Shown piece after piece: positions 11,680 through 23,566 of a DNA stretch of 44,274 nt; position 1 is the first letter of the stretch; each line of letters begins with the position of its first letter. The position numbers and the translations under genes are program-made. The notes below the pieces were generated by a model, which saw only the letters and a list, made by a program, of their open reading frames with translations, did no database searches and was not told the origin of the DNA. Source of the DNA: Chiloscyllium plagiosum (Eukaryota); contig NC_057714.1 in assembly GCF_004010195.1 (NCBI RefSeq), forward strand, positions 8,264,482-8,308,755, read 5' to 3'.

Positions 11680-12015
11680 AGTAACTGCACGAACAACCAC
11701 TTTAAGATATTGATTTGAGCTTGTGAAGTGGCTCATTTATGCTTGCTTGTGATCACCATATGGAAGGGCCTGTTCTTTGCAAACAAGTAATATGTTCAAT
11801 TCTTAGACCTTTTCTGAATTTTCAGAGAGCTTTGGAGCCTGTAGTTCATTGTTTTCCCCATGGCAATGCCTCACCAAACAATGTTGGCTTGCCAACCAAT
11901 CAGCATCCTTTTCTGTGGTATAAGTAGTTGTGATAGTTTGAATTTTAGCATTTTTGTACTTGTCCAGTTGTGTGCAGGATGAAAACCTTTCACAACATGT
12001 CTCTTTCAGCAGTAC
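11680..12015 (+). mobile_element. Old Penelope-like 3' end (endonuclease C-terminus, 3' UTR, decayed hammerhead-like motif)
   Basis: NHFKILI*ACEVAHLCLL...GPVLCKQ remnant. gtccagttgtgtgcaggatgaaaac near 11963-11988 resembles a decayed CTGATGA..GAAA core. Confidence 0.5.
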
Positions 12016-12234
12016 TCAAGATGAGATTTATCCTTTTTTAGTTTTGGATCGGATTTAGCTGAACAATTTTCCATCTATCAGGTAGATGACAGTCTTTTAG
12101 CTGTCTGAGGACTAAATGTGTGGCTCGTACTCGAGTACCAATTTTAGTGCTACAACTGAGGTATTGTCAGGAATCATATTTTCACTGTATCCAGCATGTG
12201 TAGCTATCCTCTCTCTCATGGAGTCAATTGCATT

Positions 12235-12560
12235 TGATCACTAGGAAAGAAGTAGGCTGTTTAACCCTTCAATCTGTTCTGCCATTTTAAGATGGTAATA
12301 AGACCTGTGACCTAATCTGTTCCCTCCTTTCCCTTGCATCCCTAAATACTTCAGACTAACAAAAATCTTATCAATCTTGGGTTTGAAATAATAAATGATC
12401 TAGAATCAATTATCATTTGGGGATGGTAATTTCAAACGCATATCAACTGTTGAGCAAGAAGTCTTTTCTAAGCTTATACTTGAGGGCCTGGCTTTAGTCT
12501 ATTTTAGACCATTTTCTTTGAGTGTTAGACTCTCAACTAGTGGAAATAATTTTTTCCAAT
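12235..12560 (-). mobile_element. Old CR1 3' end
   Basis: Reverse complement resembles the CR1 3' UTR family seen at 400-680 (aggctgtttaacccttc...ctgttctgccatt). Confidence 0.5.
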
Positions 12561-12569
12561 CTATATTTG

Positions 12570-13400
12570 ACATCTATGAAGCTGGGGAATTCCAGGAGGC
12601 TGTGACAGATCATCAGGGTGGTACTTCAAGAAGATTATTGCTGATGCTTCAAACTTGTTCTTTTTACTTAGTCATTGGGTTCCGCCATCACTCAGGATGG
12701 AAATTTGTGTGGAATCGCCTGTTGGCATTAGTTCTTTACATATTGACTGCAACTATGAATGAATGTGCAGAACTAGTCTGTTGGTTATGGGTTTGTTTCT
12801 ATCATTGTTATTTCCACTGCTTAACATTCATGTTGTCCTAAGTTGTATATTCATTAAATTGGCACCATCTTAAAGATATACCCTGCTGTTACTCCAGATG
12901 TGCTCTGTTGCATATCTCATTGAATCAGGCTTTATGCTAATGACAGAATGAGGGCAATGACAAGCAACAAGATAATGGATGGTGGTTGATTACAATTCTG
13001 CAGCTGATGGCTTTCAATGCTTCATGGGTGCCCAGTTTTAAGTTGGTAGATCTATCCAAAGTCTGTCTCATTTAGCATAGTGATACTATCACACAACACA
13101 ATGTCCTTTTTGTGAAAGTAGGTGTTTGGGTCTACAAGGACTATATGTCATTGCTGTCAATGCCACCGTGGACAGCTCATTGTATAACAGTTTGTTGAGG
13201 GCAAAATGAAGTACATGTTTCACTGTTGGCTTTTTTAACCACCTGCCATAAGCCCAGTTTGGCCTTCTAGGTTAGTGGTGATACTGGACCACTCTTGGTA
13301 ATGGACATTGAGGTTCTCCACCCAGAGTAAAATCGTTAATATTGCTACACTCAGTTCTTCTTTCAAATTATTTAACATGGAGGAATACCGATTCATCAGC
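12570..13400 (-). mobile_element. Decayed LINE APE endonuclease region
   Basis: ORF 13235..13441 LLWVENLNVHYQEW (cf. LWVGDFNVHHQEW). Homologous to the + strand copy at about 42100-42500. Confidence 0.6.
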
Positions 13401-13654
13401 TGAGGAAAGTAGTGGGTGATAGGTTCCTTCCCTTTTGACAATTATTTAAATAAAAAGGGTGCATAAATTTCATCTCTCAATTGATCATCATCATTGCCTG
13501 TGCCTCCTATGTATTGTATGAAAAAAAAATCAATGTTAACCGTTGCCACTCGTAAAAATGCACTATTTTAAATTGGTGCACCTTTTAAGAAGGGAGCATG
13601 TGGTTAGTTAGCAGCTGAAAGCACTTACATGGACACCACTTGCACAGCCTCCTA

Positions 13655-13768
13655 GGGCTCTTGTGGTATAGTGGTAATATCCCTAACCTTGAGCCAGGAA
13701 GCCTGGGTTCAAATCCCAAATGCCCCAGAGGTATGTAATAACATCTCTTAACGGGCTGTTTAGAAAAT
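13655..13768 (+). mobile_element. Short tRNA-derived SINE (about 115 bp)
   Basis: A box TGGTATAGTGG and B box GGTTCAAATCC with tRNA-like spacing. No intact cloverleaf; non-tRNA tail. Confidence 0.7.
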
Positions 13769-13769
13769 G

Positions 13770-16130
13770 CCTAGCACAGGCTCATGGAAGCTGTAACAGC
13801 TGCACTGCAAGGCAAAAGACAGTCAAATTTGGGGGAGAAAAGTACAGTATAATAAAAGCCAAAGACAATAAGGGAGCAGATCAGAGCCAGGACTCTCTTC
13901 AGGTGCAATTGGATACCAGAGCTCCAGCAGTAAATTTCTACCCTAAGGGAAAAGGGTAGAAAACTTATCTGAATAGTACAGAACACAGGCTGGAACAAAT
14001 AAAACTGAAATATTTGCGAGTTAAAAAAAAGTATCACTGCAGTTAGAAAACAAGCATAAGATACTGCAAAAGTTTAAAATGAGGCCATAATTTCATAATG
14101 AATTTGGGACTATTGGAAACAAATTTAAACTTTGTACTTTCACTGCAGATGAAGTATTTCAGAGGTAACAAGAATTTTATTGTGGGAGGAAGAATCATCT
14201 AGATCCAAAACTTTGTCTCTCCATAGATGCTGCCTGACCTGCTGTGATCTCCCGTATTTATTGTTTTCAATGCAAATGCACTATATTGATGGGTAAAGTG
14301 CAAATCATCCCAACAAAGGGAAGAAAGAAGAACCTTGCATTTTGTTCAAAATAGCAGGAAGCAAACAGAACACAAAAAAGACAAGAATCTTTCATTTTGG
14401 TTTCTACAGCTGGGAACATCAGAAAAATAAATTATAACTTCTGTGAAATTTTTAAAGTAGTTTTTAAATGCTTTATTAGAAGACATTGTAACAATTTTAA
14501 AAATGCAAGTGTTTGACAAAAAAAAAATCCAAAGCTGGAAACAATAAATCATTACAGAACAACCAATAAATGCAATTTAAAGCTTTGTTGGAAGAATTTG
14601 ATTTTTTTGTAGATTAGATTACTTAGTGTGGAAACAGGCCCTTCGGCCCAACAAATCCACACCGACCCGCTGAAGCGCAAACCACCCAGACCCATTCCTC
14701 TACATTTACCCTTCACTAACACTATGGGCAATTTAGATTAGATTAGATTACTGTGTGGAAACAGGCCCTTCGGCCCAACAAGTCCACACCGCCCCGCCGA
14801 AGTGCAACCCACCCATACCCCTACATTTACCCCTATATCTAACACTACGGGCAATTTAGCATGGCCAATTCACCTGACCTGCACATCTTTGGACTGTGGG
14901 AGGAAACCAGAGCACCAGGAGGAAACCCACGCAGACACAGGGAGAACGTGCAAACTCCACACAGTCAGTCGCCTGAGGCGGGAATTGAACCCGGGTCTCT
15001 GGCGCTGTGAGGCAGCAGTGCTTGCCACTATGCCACCCACTAATGTTCAATGGTGACCCAAGACTGCTAAATAAAAAGCCACAAAGACACTAGCAAGTTT
15101 TACAGTGTTTTAAATTAAATGTCTATTTCTGAATTGAAGATAAGCTAATGGAACAGATTTAAAACAGTATTGAAAGTACACAGAAGTAAAATACAGTAAT
15201 AAGCTTAATTAACACCTAAAGGGGAAATAGATAAAAACATATAACTTCCTAGCAGATTTAACATCAGCGATGGTCATAAAAGAGCTGATAAGAATTCATG
15301 GAGAAAATGGTTCATGAGATACAGAATTGTTACAAATATTAAATTGTTCCAAATATTAACAGAAGTTAATAGCACTGTTACGTTCAGTAGGTCATGCAGC
15401 TAATGTTATTAATAACCAGAAAATAAAAGATGATACAGAGGCTGAGACACTTGATCACATGACTTAAAAACTTTCAACAATTACTCTAATATAAGAACAA
15501 ATAATCTTGAATGGGCAAGATTTAACAGAAGAATTCAACTTCTACGAGAAATGTCAACAATTTTGTTAATCTCTAAATTTCACTTGACATCCATGAATAT
15601 GGTGGCCTGCAATGAGAATTCATAAGAGACAAAATTGTTGTCAGAATATTTTTTCAGATCATTCAAAGTTCAAGAAAGATCTAACATTGGTTAAAAACTA
15701 TCCAGATAAATTTGGAAGCAGAGGCTTCCCATTAAATGGTGAAGCTAGGTATGGAGCAAAGGTAGTAAAATCTGTTTTGGAAAAATTAAGATATCTTTTA
15801 CAGCTCATTAAATTACTGGCCCATATACTCCAATATGGTGTATCACTATCAGAATTATTGATAGGGAGAAAACTGAATATTCTATCCTACCAAAAAGATT
15901 AATTCCACCATTAAATCCAAAGGATTACAAACATTTTCAACAAAGAGCAAGACTTATCGACAGTGCAAGGCTACTTACTAGCTTGGCTATCCTATGTGCA
16001 ATAGTTGGACCGAGGACAATAGATATGGTTAAGGGACCTCTACAGGAATGTATGGTTGCCCAAGGATGGGCAGACCAGCAACAATCCTAAATTGCCTATA
16101 CAGCAGAGGGAGTTTTAAGGTGGAGCCATA
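13770..16130 (+). mobile_element. Fossil Gypsy-like LTR retrotransposon internal region, interrupted by SINEs
   Basis: Degenerate zinc knuckle (HGSCNSCTARQKTVKFGG), protease VQLDTRAPAVN (cf. LDTGA) and integrase C-terminus PLNGEARYGAKVVKSVLEK...GVSLSELLIGRKLN (cf. PQSNGxAERxVxxVK...GxSPAELLMGRKLR). No LTRs recognised. Confidence 0.7.
14611..15039 (-). mobile_element. HE1-type V-SINE (14735-15039) fused to the 3' ~125 bp of a second HE1 copy (14611-14734)
   Basis: tRNA head with B box GGTTCAATTCC, V-domain gtgtggagtttgcacgttctccc, and a (TCTAA)n tail present twice. Nearly identical to 18190-18495. Confidence 0.9.
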
Positions 16131-16502
16131 AGATCTTTGTGTCATTGTGCAGTAATTTGTCCATTAATGCTTTACTGGGGCAAACCTAGTGAGAAATCAA
16201 TAGTATTGGTTCACAGGCTACTCAAGCTAATGATCAGCATCAAAACCAGCCGTTGTCAAGCCAGCAACCTATTGATTTCTAAGTTTGAAGCAAGTGTGTT
16301 ATGGAAGAATTGTAAAACATCCAGACTACTTTTTTTTATATACCTCTCTATAATTAGTTAACAAGAAGAGCTAAGCCTGGGGATGGATTTGTATAAAGCA
16401 ATGGATATTAAAGGATTAATCTGAGCTAATCCTTTGGTTTGCCCACTCTGATAGATAAGATAGCCACTACGTGGAGTATTGGATGTTTTGGGCAAAAAAT
16501 GC

Positions 16503-17657
16503 AAAGAATATTACAGCACAAGAGTAGGTCCTTCGGCCGACCAAGACTGCGCTACACATGATGCCTTTCTAAATTAAAAAAGCCTTTTGTGGTCTGTACC
16601 CCTCTCCCTGCTTATTGATCTATCTGTCAAGGACTCTCTTGTCTGTCTCTACCACCTCTTCTGGCAGTGCATTCCAGGAACTTATCATCCTCTGTGTAAA
16701 AAAAAAAGTTTGTTTTCCGGTCTCCTTTAAACTTAACCCCTTTTGCCTCAAACTATGTCCCCTAGTAATTGATATTTCTAGGGGAGAAAGACTGAATGTT
16801 GATTCTATCCATGCCTCTCATAATTTTGTAAACTTCAATGAGGTCATACATTCTCCTTCAACATTCAAATGGAAACAAGCTAAGTTTGTGCAATCACTCC
16901 TAATAGCTAATACCCTCCAAACCAGGCAACATATTGGTAAAATATTTCTGTACCTTCTCCAAAGCCTCCATATCCTCCTTGTAGTCTGACAACTGGAAAT
17001 ATATACAGTATTCCAAATGTGGCCTCACTAAAGTTTTGTACAGCTGCAGCTTGACTTGGCATTTTTATACTCTATGCCCTAACCGATGAAGGTAAGCATG
17101 CTATTTGACTTCGTGACCATCCTATTCAATGTGTTGCCACTTTGAGAGACCTGTGAACTTGTATGCCTAGATCTCTAGATATATTGAAGCAATGAAGAGT
17201 TCTGCCATTTACTGTGTATTTCCCACTTGTGTTTGAACTTCCAAAATGCATCACCTTGCGTTTGTCTGGATTAAATAGTATCTGCCATTTCTCTGCCTGA
17301 GCTTCCAGCCTATTTATATCCAGCTGTATCCTCTGGCAATCTTCTTCACTATCCACAGCTCCCCAACCTTTGTGTCATCCTTAAACTTACTAATTACCTC
17401 TGTACCCCTCCAAATCATTTGTATATATTACAAATTACAGGGGTCCCAGCACCGATCCCTGTGGAGCACCACTGGTCACCGATCTCCAATCAGAAAACCA
17501 TTCTTCCTTTGTTACTGTGCCTCCTATGACTAAGCCAGTTCTGTATCTATCTTACCAGCTCACCGTGATTCCATGTGACTCAATCTTTTGTATTGGTTGC
17601 CATGAGGGATCTTGTCAAAGGCTTTGCTAAAGTCCATGTAGACAACACCTACTACCT
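16503..17657 (-). mobile_element. CR1 LINE 3' ~1.15 kb, decayed
   Basis: RT motifs (YMDFSKAFDK, GAPQGSVLGP, DDTK, AEKWQILFNPDK, VRPHLEY) and CR1 3' hairpin/tail on the minus strand. Confidence 0.9.
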
Positions 17658-17940
17658 GGCAGCTGGAGCCATTTTGGGCAGGTATCACTTGGAATCTTGC
17701 ATGGCTTTCAGATGGTAACGATGTCTTGCCTATTAAGAGATAATATACCCAAAAGTTACTGTAACCTGCGAATAGTTACTTAGATGTAATACTGCATCTT
17801 ATTATCGAAGATGAGAGCTTCTTTCACTAAGAATTACTCATGGTCCATCTTCCAGCACAGGTGTTGAGTAAATTCCTAGCCTAGCAAGGTAAGAAGGCTT
17901 GGTGGCAGTAGTGTGTCTCAATCACAAGTTATTGATGGCC

Positions 17941-18190
17941 ATGGTTTTCTGATTGGCGATCGGTGACCAGTGGTGCTCCACAGGGATCGGTGCTGGGACC
18001 CCTGTAATTTGTAATATATACAAATGATTTGGAGGAGTACAGAGGTAATTAGTAAGTTTGAGGATGACACAAAAGTTGGGGAGCTATGGATAGTGAAGAA
18101 GATTGCCAGAGGATACAGCTGGATATAAATAGGCTGGAAGCTCAGGCAGAGAAATGGCAGATACTGTTTAATCCAGACAAATGCAAGGTG
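17941..18190 (+). repeat. 250-bp inverted duplicate of 17252-17501 (CR1 RT segment)
   Basis: Ungapped reverse-complement match with about 7 mismatches by eye. ORFs 17126..17356(-) and 18086..18271(+) begin with the same 32 residues. Confidence 0.92.
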
Positions 18191-18495
18191 GGCGGCACGG
18201 TGGCACAGTGGTTAGCACTGCTGTCTCACAGCGCCAGAGACCCGGGTTCAATTCCCGCCTCAGGTGACTGACTGTGTGGAGTTTGCACGTTCTCCCCGTG
18301 TCTGCTTGGGTTTCCTCCGGGTGCCTCCCACAGTCTAAAGATGTGCAGGTCAGGTGAATTGGCCATGCTAAATTGCCCATAGTGTTAGGTAAGGGATAAA
18401 TGTAGGGGTACGGGTGGGTTGCGCTTCAGCGGGGCGGTGTGGACTTGTTGGACCGAAAGGCCTGTTTCCACACTAAGTAATCTAATCTAATCTAA
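18190..18495 (+). mobile_element. Full-length HE1-type V-SINE, young
   Basis: A box TGGCACAGTGG, B box GGTTCAATTCC, V-domain, CR1-like 3' end and taatctaatctaatctaa tail. Many CpGs retained. Confidence 0.93.
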
Positions 18496-18563
18496 TGTCC
18501 TCCTTGTATCCATGCAGGATGGAGGTGGCCAGCCCTTTGTGGGTGAGCTAAAACTTGAGTATT

Positions 18564-18695
18564 CAGAGGAACCTTGATTATCTGTCATTCGATTATTCGG
18601 CAAGATCCCGATGCTTGGCTAAACTATGTTATCTGGAATTCGATTAACTGCATGAAGTACCAGCCCGTGTCCTTCGGATAATTGAGGTTCCTCTG
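18564..18695. mobile_element. 132-bp Tc1/mariner (pogo/Tigger-like) MITE
   Basis: 21-bp terminal inverted repeats cagaggaaccttgattatctg / cggataattgaggttcctctg, with 3 mismatches all explained by CpG decay. TA follows the right end; the left flank reads TT. Confidence 0.75.
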
Positions 18696-19917
18696 TACTT
18701 GTAAAATACTGTTTATGTTAATGAGCTAATCGGCACAGGGTCAATAAGATTAAGCAGGTAAATGCATGGCTCAACAATTGGTGTGGCAGAAGTGGGTTTG
18801 ACACAACAGCACAGACACAAATAGGATAGTGTATGGAAAAAGTTAGCAATCAAACTTCAAGCACACTGGATAAATGAATGACAATGAGAAGAGGGACGGT
18901 TAATACAGGACTGAAATAGTAAATCTGATTGCATATAGTATAAAGGAATAAGGTAAATTAGCTTGTGGCGCAGATCGAAATTGGCAGAAGTAACATGGTG
19001 GGCATCACAGAGACATGGCTGCAAGGGGATCAGAATTGGGATCTGAATGAGCATCCTATCGAAAAGACAGTCAGGGTGGGTAGAGGGAGTGGGGTTACCT
19101 TAGTAAGAAATGAAATGAAATAAATTGTAAGAAATGAAGGAGGGTCAAATAGCATAGAATCTATATGGGTAGAATGGAGGAACCACAAAGGTAGTAAAAT
19201 CCATGGTTGGTGATATGTACAGGCATCCAAATAGTAGTCAGGCGCTGAGGCACAAGATACACTAGGAGATAGAAAAGATGTGTCAGAAAGGCAAAGTTGC
19301 AGTGATCATGGGAGATTTCAATATGCTGGTGGATTAGGAAAATCAGGTTGGTAGTGGATTGCAAGAAAAAAAATTTGTGGAATGTCTACAAGATGGCTTT
19401 TTGGAGCAGTTTGTGGTGGAGCCCACGAGGGAACTGGCAATACTGGTGTGTAATTAGGCAGACTTGATAAAGGTGCCTAAAGTGAAGGAACGCTTAAGAA
19501 CAGTAATCATAATATGTTTGAATTTACTCTGCAATTCGAGGGAGAAGATTTAGAATCGGAGGTAACAGTATTATAGCTGAATAAAGGCAACCACATGAGG
19601 TAGGAGCTGGGTAGAATTGACTGGGAGAGCAGCCTAACAGGAAAGAGTGAAACAGTAATGGCAGGAGTTTCTAGAAATAATTCAGAAGACACAACAGAGA
19701 CTCATTTTGAAGAAAAAAAAACATGGTACAGGGAGGATGAGGCATGATGGCTGACTAATGAAGTCAAGGATAGCATGAAAGCATATAATGTGGCAAAGGA
19801 CAGTGGAAATTAGAGGATTGGGAAGCTTACAAAGACTAACAGCTGACAACAAAAAAAAAGATAAGGAGGGAGAAGTTTAAAGATCCGTGTAAGGTAGACA
19901 GTAATATAAAGGAAGAC

Positions 19918-22900
19918 AAAGTTTTGAGAAGATTTGTAGCTCAGGTTGAGGTTCTGGATGTAAGTTTGCTTGCTGAGCTGGAAGGTTCATTTTCAAACAT
20001 GACGTCACCATACCAGGTAACATCATCAGTGAGCCTCCAGTGAAGCAATGGTGGTATGGCCCGCTTTTTATTTATATTTTTAGGTTTCCTCTGGTGATGT
20101 CATTTCCTGTGCTTTTTCTCAAGGGGTGGTAAATGGGATCCAAGTCAATGTGTTGTCTTTATTCCTGATGAAGGGCTTTTGCCCGAAACGTCTATTTCGC
20201 TGCTTCTTGGATGCTGCCTGAACTGCTGTGCATTTCCAGCACCACTAATCCAGCTTCTGGTTGAAATGCCACGCTTCTAGGAATTCTTGCACGTGTCTCT
20301 GTTTGGCTTGTCCTAGAATGGATGTGTTGTCCCAGTCGAAATGGTGTTCTTCCTCATCTGTATGCAAAGATACTAGTGATAGTGGGTCATGTCTTTTTGT
20401 GGCTAGTTGATGTTCCTGTATCCTGGTGGCTAGTTTTCTGCCTGTTTGTCCAATGTACTGTTTGTTAAAGTTTGTGCAAGGTATTTTGTAAATTACATTA
20501 GTTTTGCCTGTTGTCTGTGTAGAGTCTTTCAAGTTCATTAGCTACTGTTTTAGTGTGTTGTTAGGTTTGTGGGCTACCATAATGCCAAGAGGTCTGAGTA
20601 AGTCTCGCAGTCATTTCTGGGATGTCTTTGATTAAGGGGAGAATGTCAAGGGTTTCTGGATGTGTTCTGTCTGCTTGTTTGAGTTTGTTGCTGAGAAATC
20701 GGTGGAGTGTGTTCATTGAGTACCCGTTCTTTTTGAATACACTGTACAGGTGATTTTTCCCTGCTCTTCATAGTTCCTCTGTGCTGCGGTGTGTGGTGGC
20801 TCATTGAAATAATGTTCTAATGCAGCTTCATTTGTGGGTATTAGGATGATTACTTCTGTAGTTCAGTATTTGGTCCGTATGTTGTTTTCCTGTACTCACT
20901 GGTTTGAAGCTCCCCATTGGCTGTTCACACTACTGCAACATCTCGGAATGACAGTTTGGTGTTGTTTTCCTCCTCTTTAGTGAATTTTATGCCAGTAAGG
21001 GTATTATTGATGGCCTTGAAGGTTTCCTCTAATTTGTTTCGTTTAGTGATGAGGTGTCATCCACGTAGAGGACCCAAAGTTTTAATTGGATAGTTGGCAG
21101 AGCTGTTTGTTTGAGTCTCTGCATTACTGCCTCTGGTAAGAACCCTGATATTGGAGATCCCATGGGTGTTCGATTGGTTTGTCTGTATGTTTTGTTGTTG
21201 AAGGTGAACAAGGCCAATGTAGTTTGTTAATATTGTCCTTGCTGATGAAGTAGTTGGTGTTTGGTATGCGTCTTTGGGTATTCTAATCGTGTAATCAGCA
21301 GTTCTTTGGCTAGGTTGATATTGATGGATGTGAATAGGGCTGTTATGTCAAAGGAGACCATTATTTCATCCTCTTCTATGTTGGTGTCTTTGGTCTTCAG
21401 GAATTCCTGGGTGGAGTGATTGGGGTGGCGTGAGTCTTGTAAGTGTTTTAGTCTTTGTAGCTCCTTGGCTAATCTCTAAGTTGGTGTTCTAGGTAATGAG
21501 ACTATGGGTCTGGGGGGGTATCGGGAGTACTTCTGGTTTGTGAATTTTGGGTAATCTGTAGAAGCGTGGTATGTTACATCCACCTGGTTTCGTTTTTTGG
21601 AAGTCAGTCTTATTTATTTCTCCAGATTTCTGACATTTTTTGTTTTGGGCTGTGATTTGGTTTTCTAGTTGTGGGGTCAGGTCTATCCCCACTTGTTGGT
21701 AATTGTTGGTATCTGCAAGCAGTAAATTTGACTTTTCAATGTGGTCTCTTTGAATTAAAATGACTATCAAACATCCTTTGTCTGCAGATAGGGTAATAAT
21801 AACATTTTTTAGTCCTTCTAGTGCTTTTCTTTCTTGTATTGTGTATTTCCTTCCTTTTTCCTGCTTAATGTTGGTGTGACTGTCTGTCTGATACTTTGCT
21901 GGGTTTCTTTTGTGAGTTGTCTTTCAGTAATGTTTCTAATGTTGCTAAGAAATATTTCCTATGCACCCTGGAAGTTGTAATTTAACCCTCTTAATAAGAC
22001 AGCTTTTTCAGTGTCTGTTGAGGTCAGTCAGGTAGTTTTTTTTAATAATCCATGCTTCTGTGTTGTCTGTGCTTTTTCTTTGTAAGTTTTTTTCTGCAGG
22101 TCTAGATTTTTCATTTTCTGTGTTTGTCGCTGTCAAATGTCTATGGCTTGTTGTACTGTGTCTGTCCATTCATGGTCTGTTGCATTAGTGAGCAAAGTTT
22201 TTTTTTTTGCGTGAAATTTCCTAGTTGTATTTACGGAGTCTGTTGTGGGCATCATGAATCATTTCTCTAAGCATTCTGCGGCCGTTTTGCTCTGCTATTC
22301 TTTTGGCTAGTGGGATGTTCAGGGGAGGTTTGTATTTAAGATATTAGATAATACCTGTTTCCTTAGGCATTCGTGCAGGAAGTACAGCTGTTCATGGGTG
22401 GCGTTCTGTCAGATTGGTTTGCCATTTTCGGGCATCATGGTAGCCGACAAACCCACCAACACACTAAAACAGCAGCTAATGAACTTGAAAGACCCTATAC
22501 AGACAACAAGCAAAATGCTTTGTACAAACTCTAACAAACAGTACATTGGACAAACAGGTACAAACCTAGCCACCAGGATGCAGGAACATCGACTAGCCAC
22601 AAAAAGACATGACCCACTCTCACTAGCATCTTTACATACAGACGAGGAAGGACACCACTTCAACTGGGACAACACATCCATCCTAGGCCAAGCGAAACAG
22701 AGACATTTGCGAGAATTCCTAGAAGCATGGCACTCTAACCGGGACTCTGTCAACAAACACATTGACTTGGATTCCATTTACCCCATCCCCTGAGAAAAGG
22801 AACAGGAAATGACATCACCAACCCAAGTAAACCTAAACACATAAATAAAATGCGGGCCATACCACCAGTGCTTCACTGAAGGCTCACTGATGATGTTATC

Positions 22901-22964
22901 TAGTATGGTATCAAAACATCTGAAAACGAACCTTACACATGAGCGAGGAAACTTATATCCAGAA
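19918..22964 (-). mobile_element. Penelope-like retroelement (RT plus GIY-YIG endonuclease), decayed, with inverted copy of its 3' region at 22431-22964
   Basis: Minus strand: IPRFYRLPKIHKP, TPMGSPISG, YVDDT, NVIYKIPC..QYIGQTGRKLATRIQEH. The + strand ORF 22398..22793 repeats the GIY-YIG part. Arms are 19952-20586 and 22431-22964. Confidence 0.93.
20161..20196 (+). ncRNA. Minimal type I hammerhead ribozyme motif within a 98-bp Penelope-type terminal-repeat fragment (20156-20253)
   Basis: CTGATGA (20165) - A - GGGC TTTT GCCC stem II - GAAAC - GTC. Core identical to the 38.1-38.2 kb copies. Stem I is poor. Confidence 0.6.
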
Positions 22965-23566
22965 GATTATAAGAGTTTCTTCAGATATATAAAGGGCAAA
23001 AGAGAGGGAAAAGTGGATATTGGGTCATTGAAATATGATGCTGGAGTGATAGTAGTGGGGAACAAGGAAATGGCTGACGAAATGAATAATTACTTTGTGT
23101 CAGTCTTCACAGTGGAAGACTGTGAAATGTCAAAAATTCAAGAGAGTAAGGGGGCAGAGCTGAATATGATGGCTATCACCAAGGAGAAGTTGCTAGAAAA
23201 ACTGAATGGCCTGAAGGTGGATAAATCGCCTGGACCAGATGGACTACACCCCAGAGTTCTAAGGGAGATAGCTGAAGCAATAGTCAAGGCGTTAGTGGTG
23301 ATCTTTCAGGAATCGGTAGAATCGGACAGAGTCCCAGAGGACTGGAAAATTGCTATTGTGAAACTTCTATTTAAAAGGGAGTAAGGCAAAAGACAAAATT
23401 ATAGACCGATTAGCCTAACCTCAGTCATGGGCAGGATCCTAGACTCCATTGTGAAGGATGAGATCTTTGAATACTTGGAAGTGTATGGTAAAATAGGGCA
23501 AAGTCAGCATGGTTTCATCGAGGGGAGGTCATGCCTGACAAATCTGCTAGAATTCTTTGAGGAAGT

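Noticed and set aside
13655-13725. tRNA gene
   Set aside because: A and B boxes are present but the acceptor stem does not pair and it continues into a SINE-like tail. Treated as a SINE.
22890-23384. 164-aa ORF as a novel fusion protein
   Set aside because: Chance read-through from the Penelope terminal repeat into a decayed CR1 ORF2 segment.
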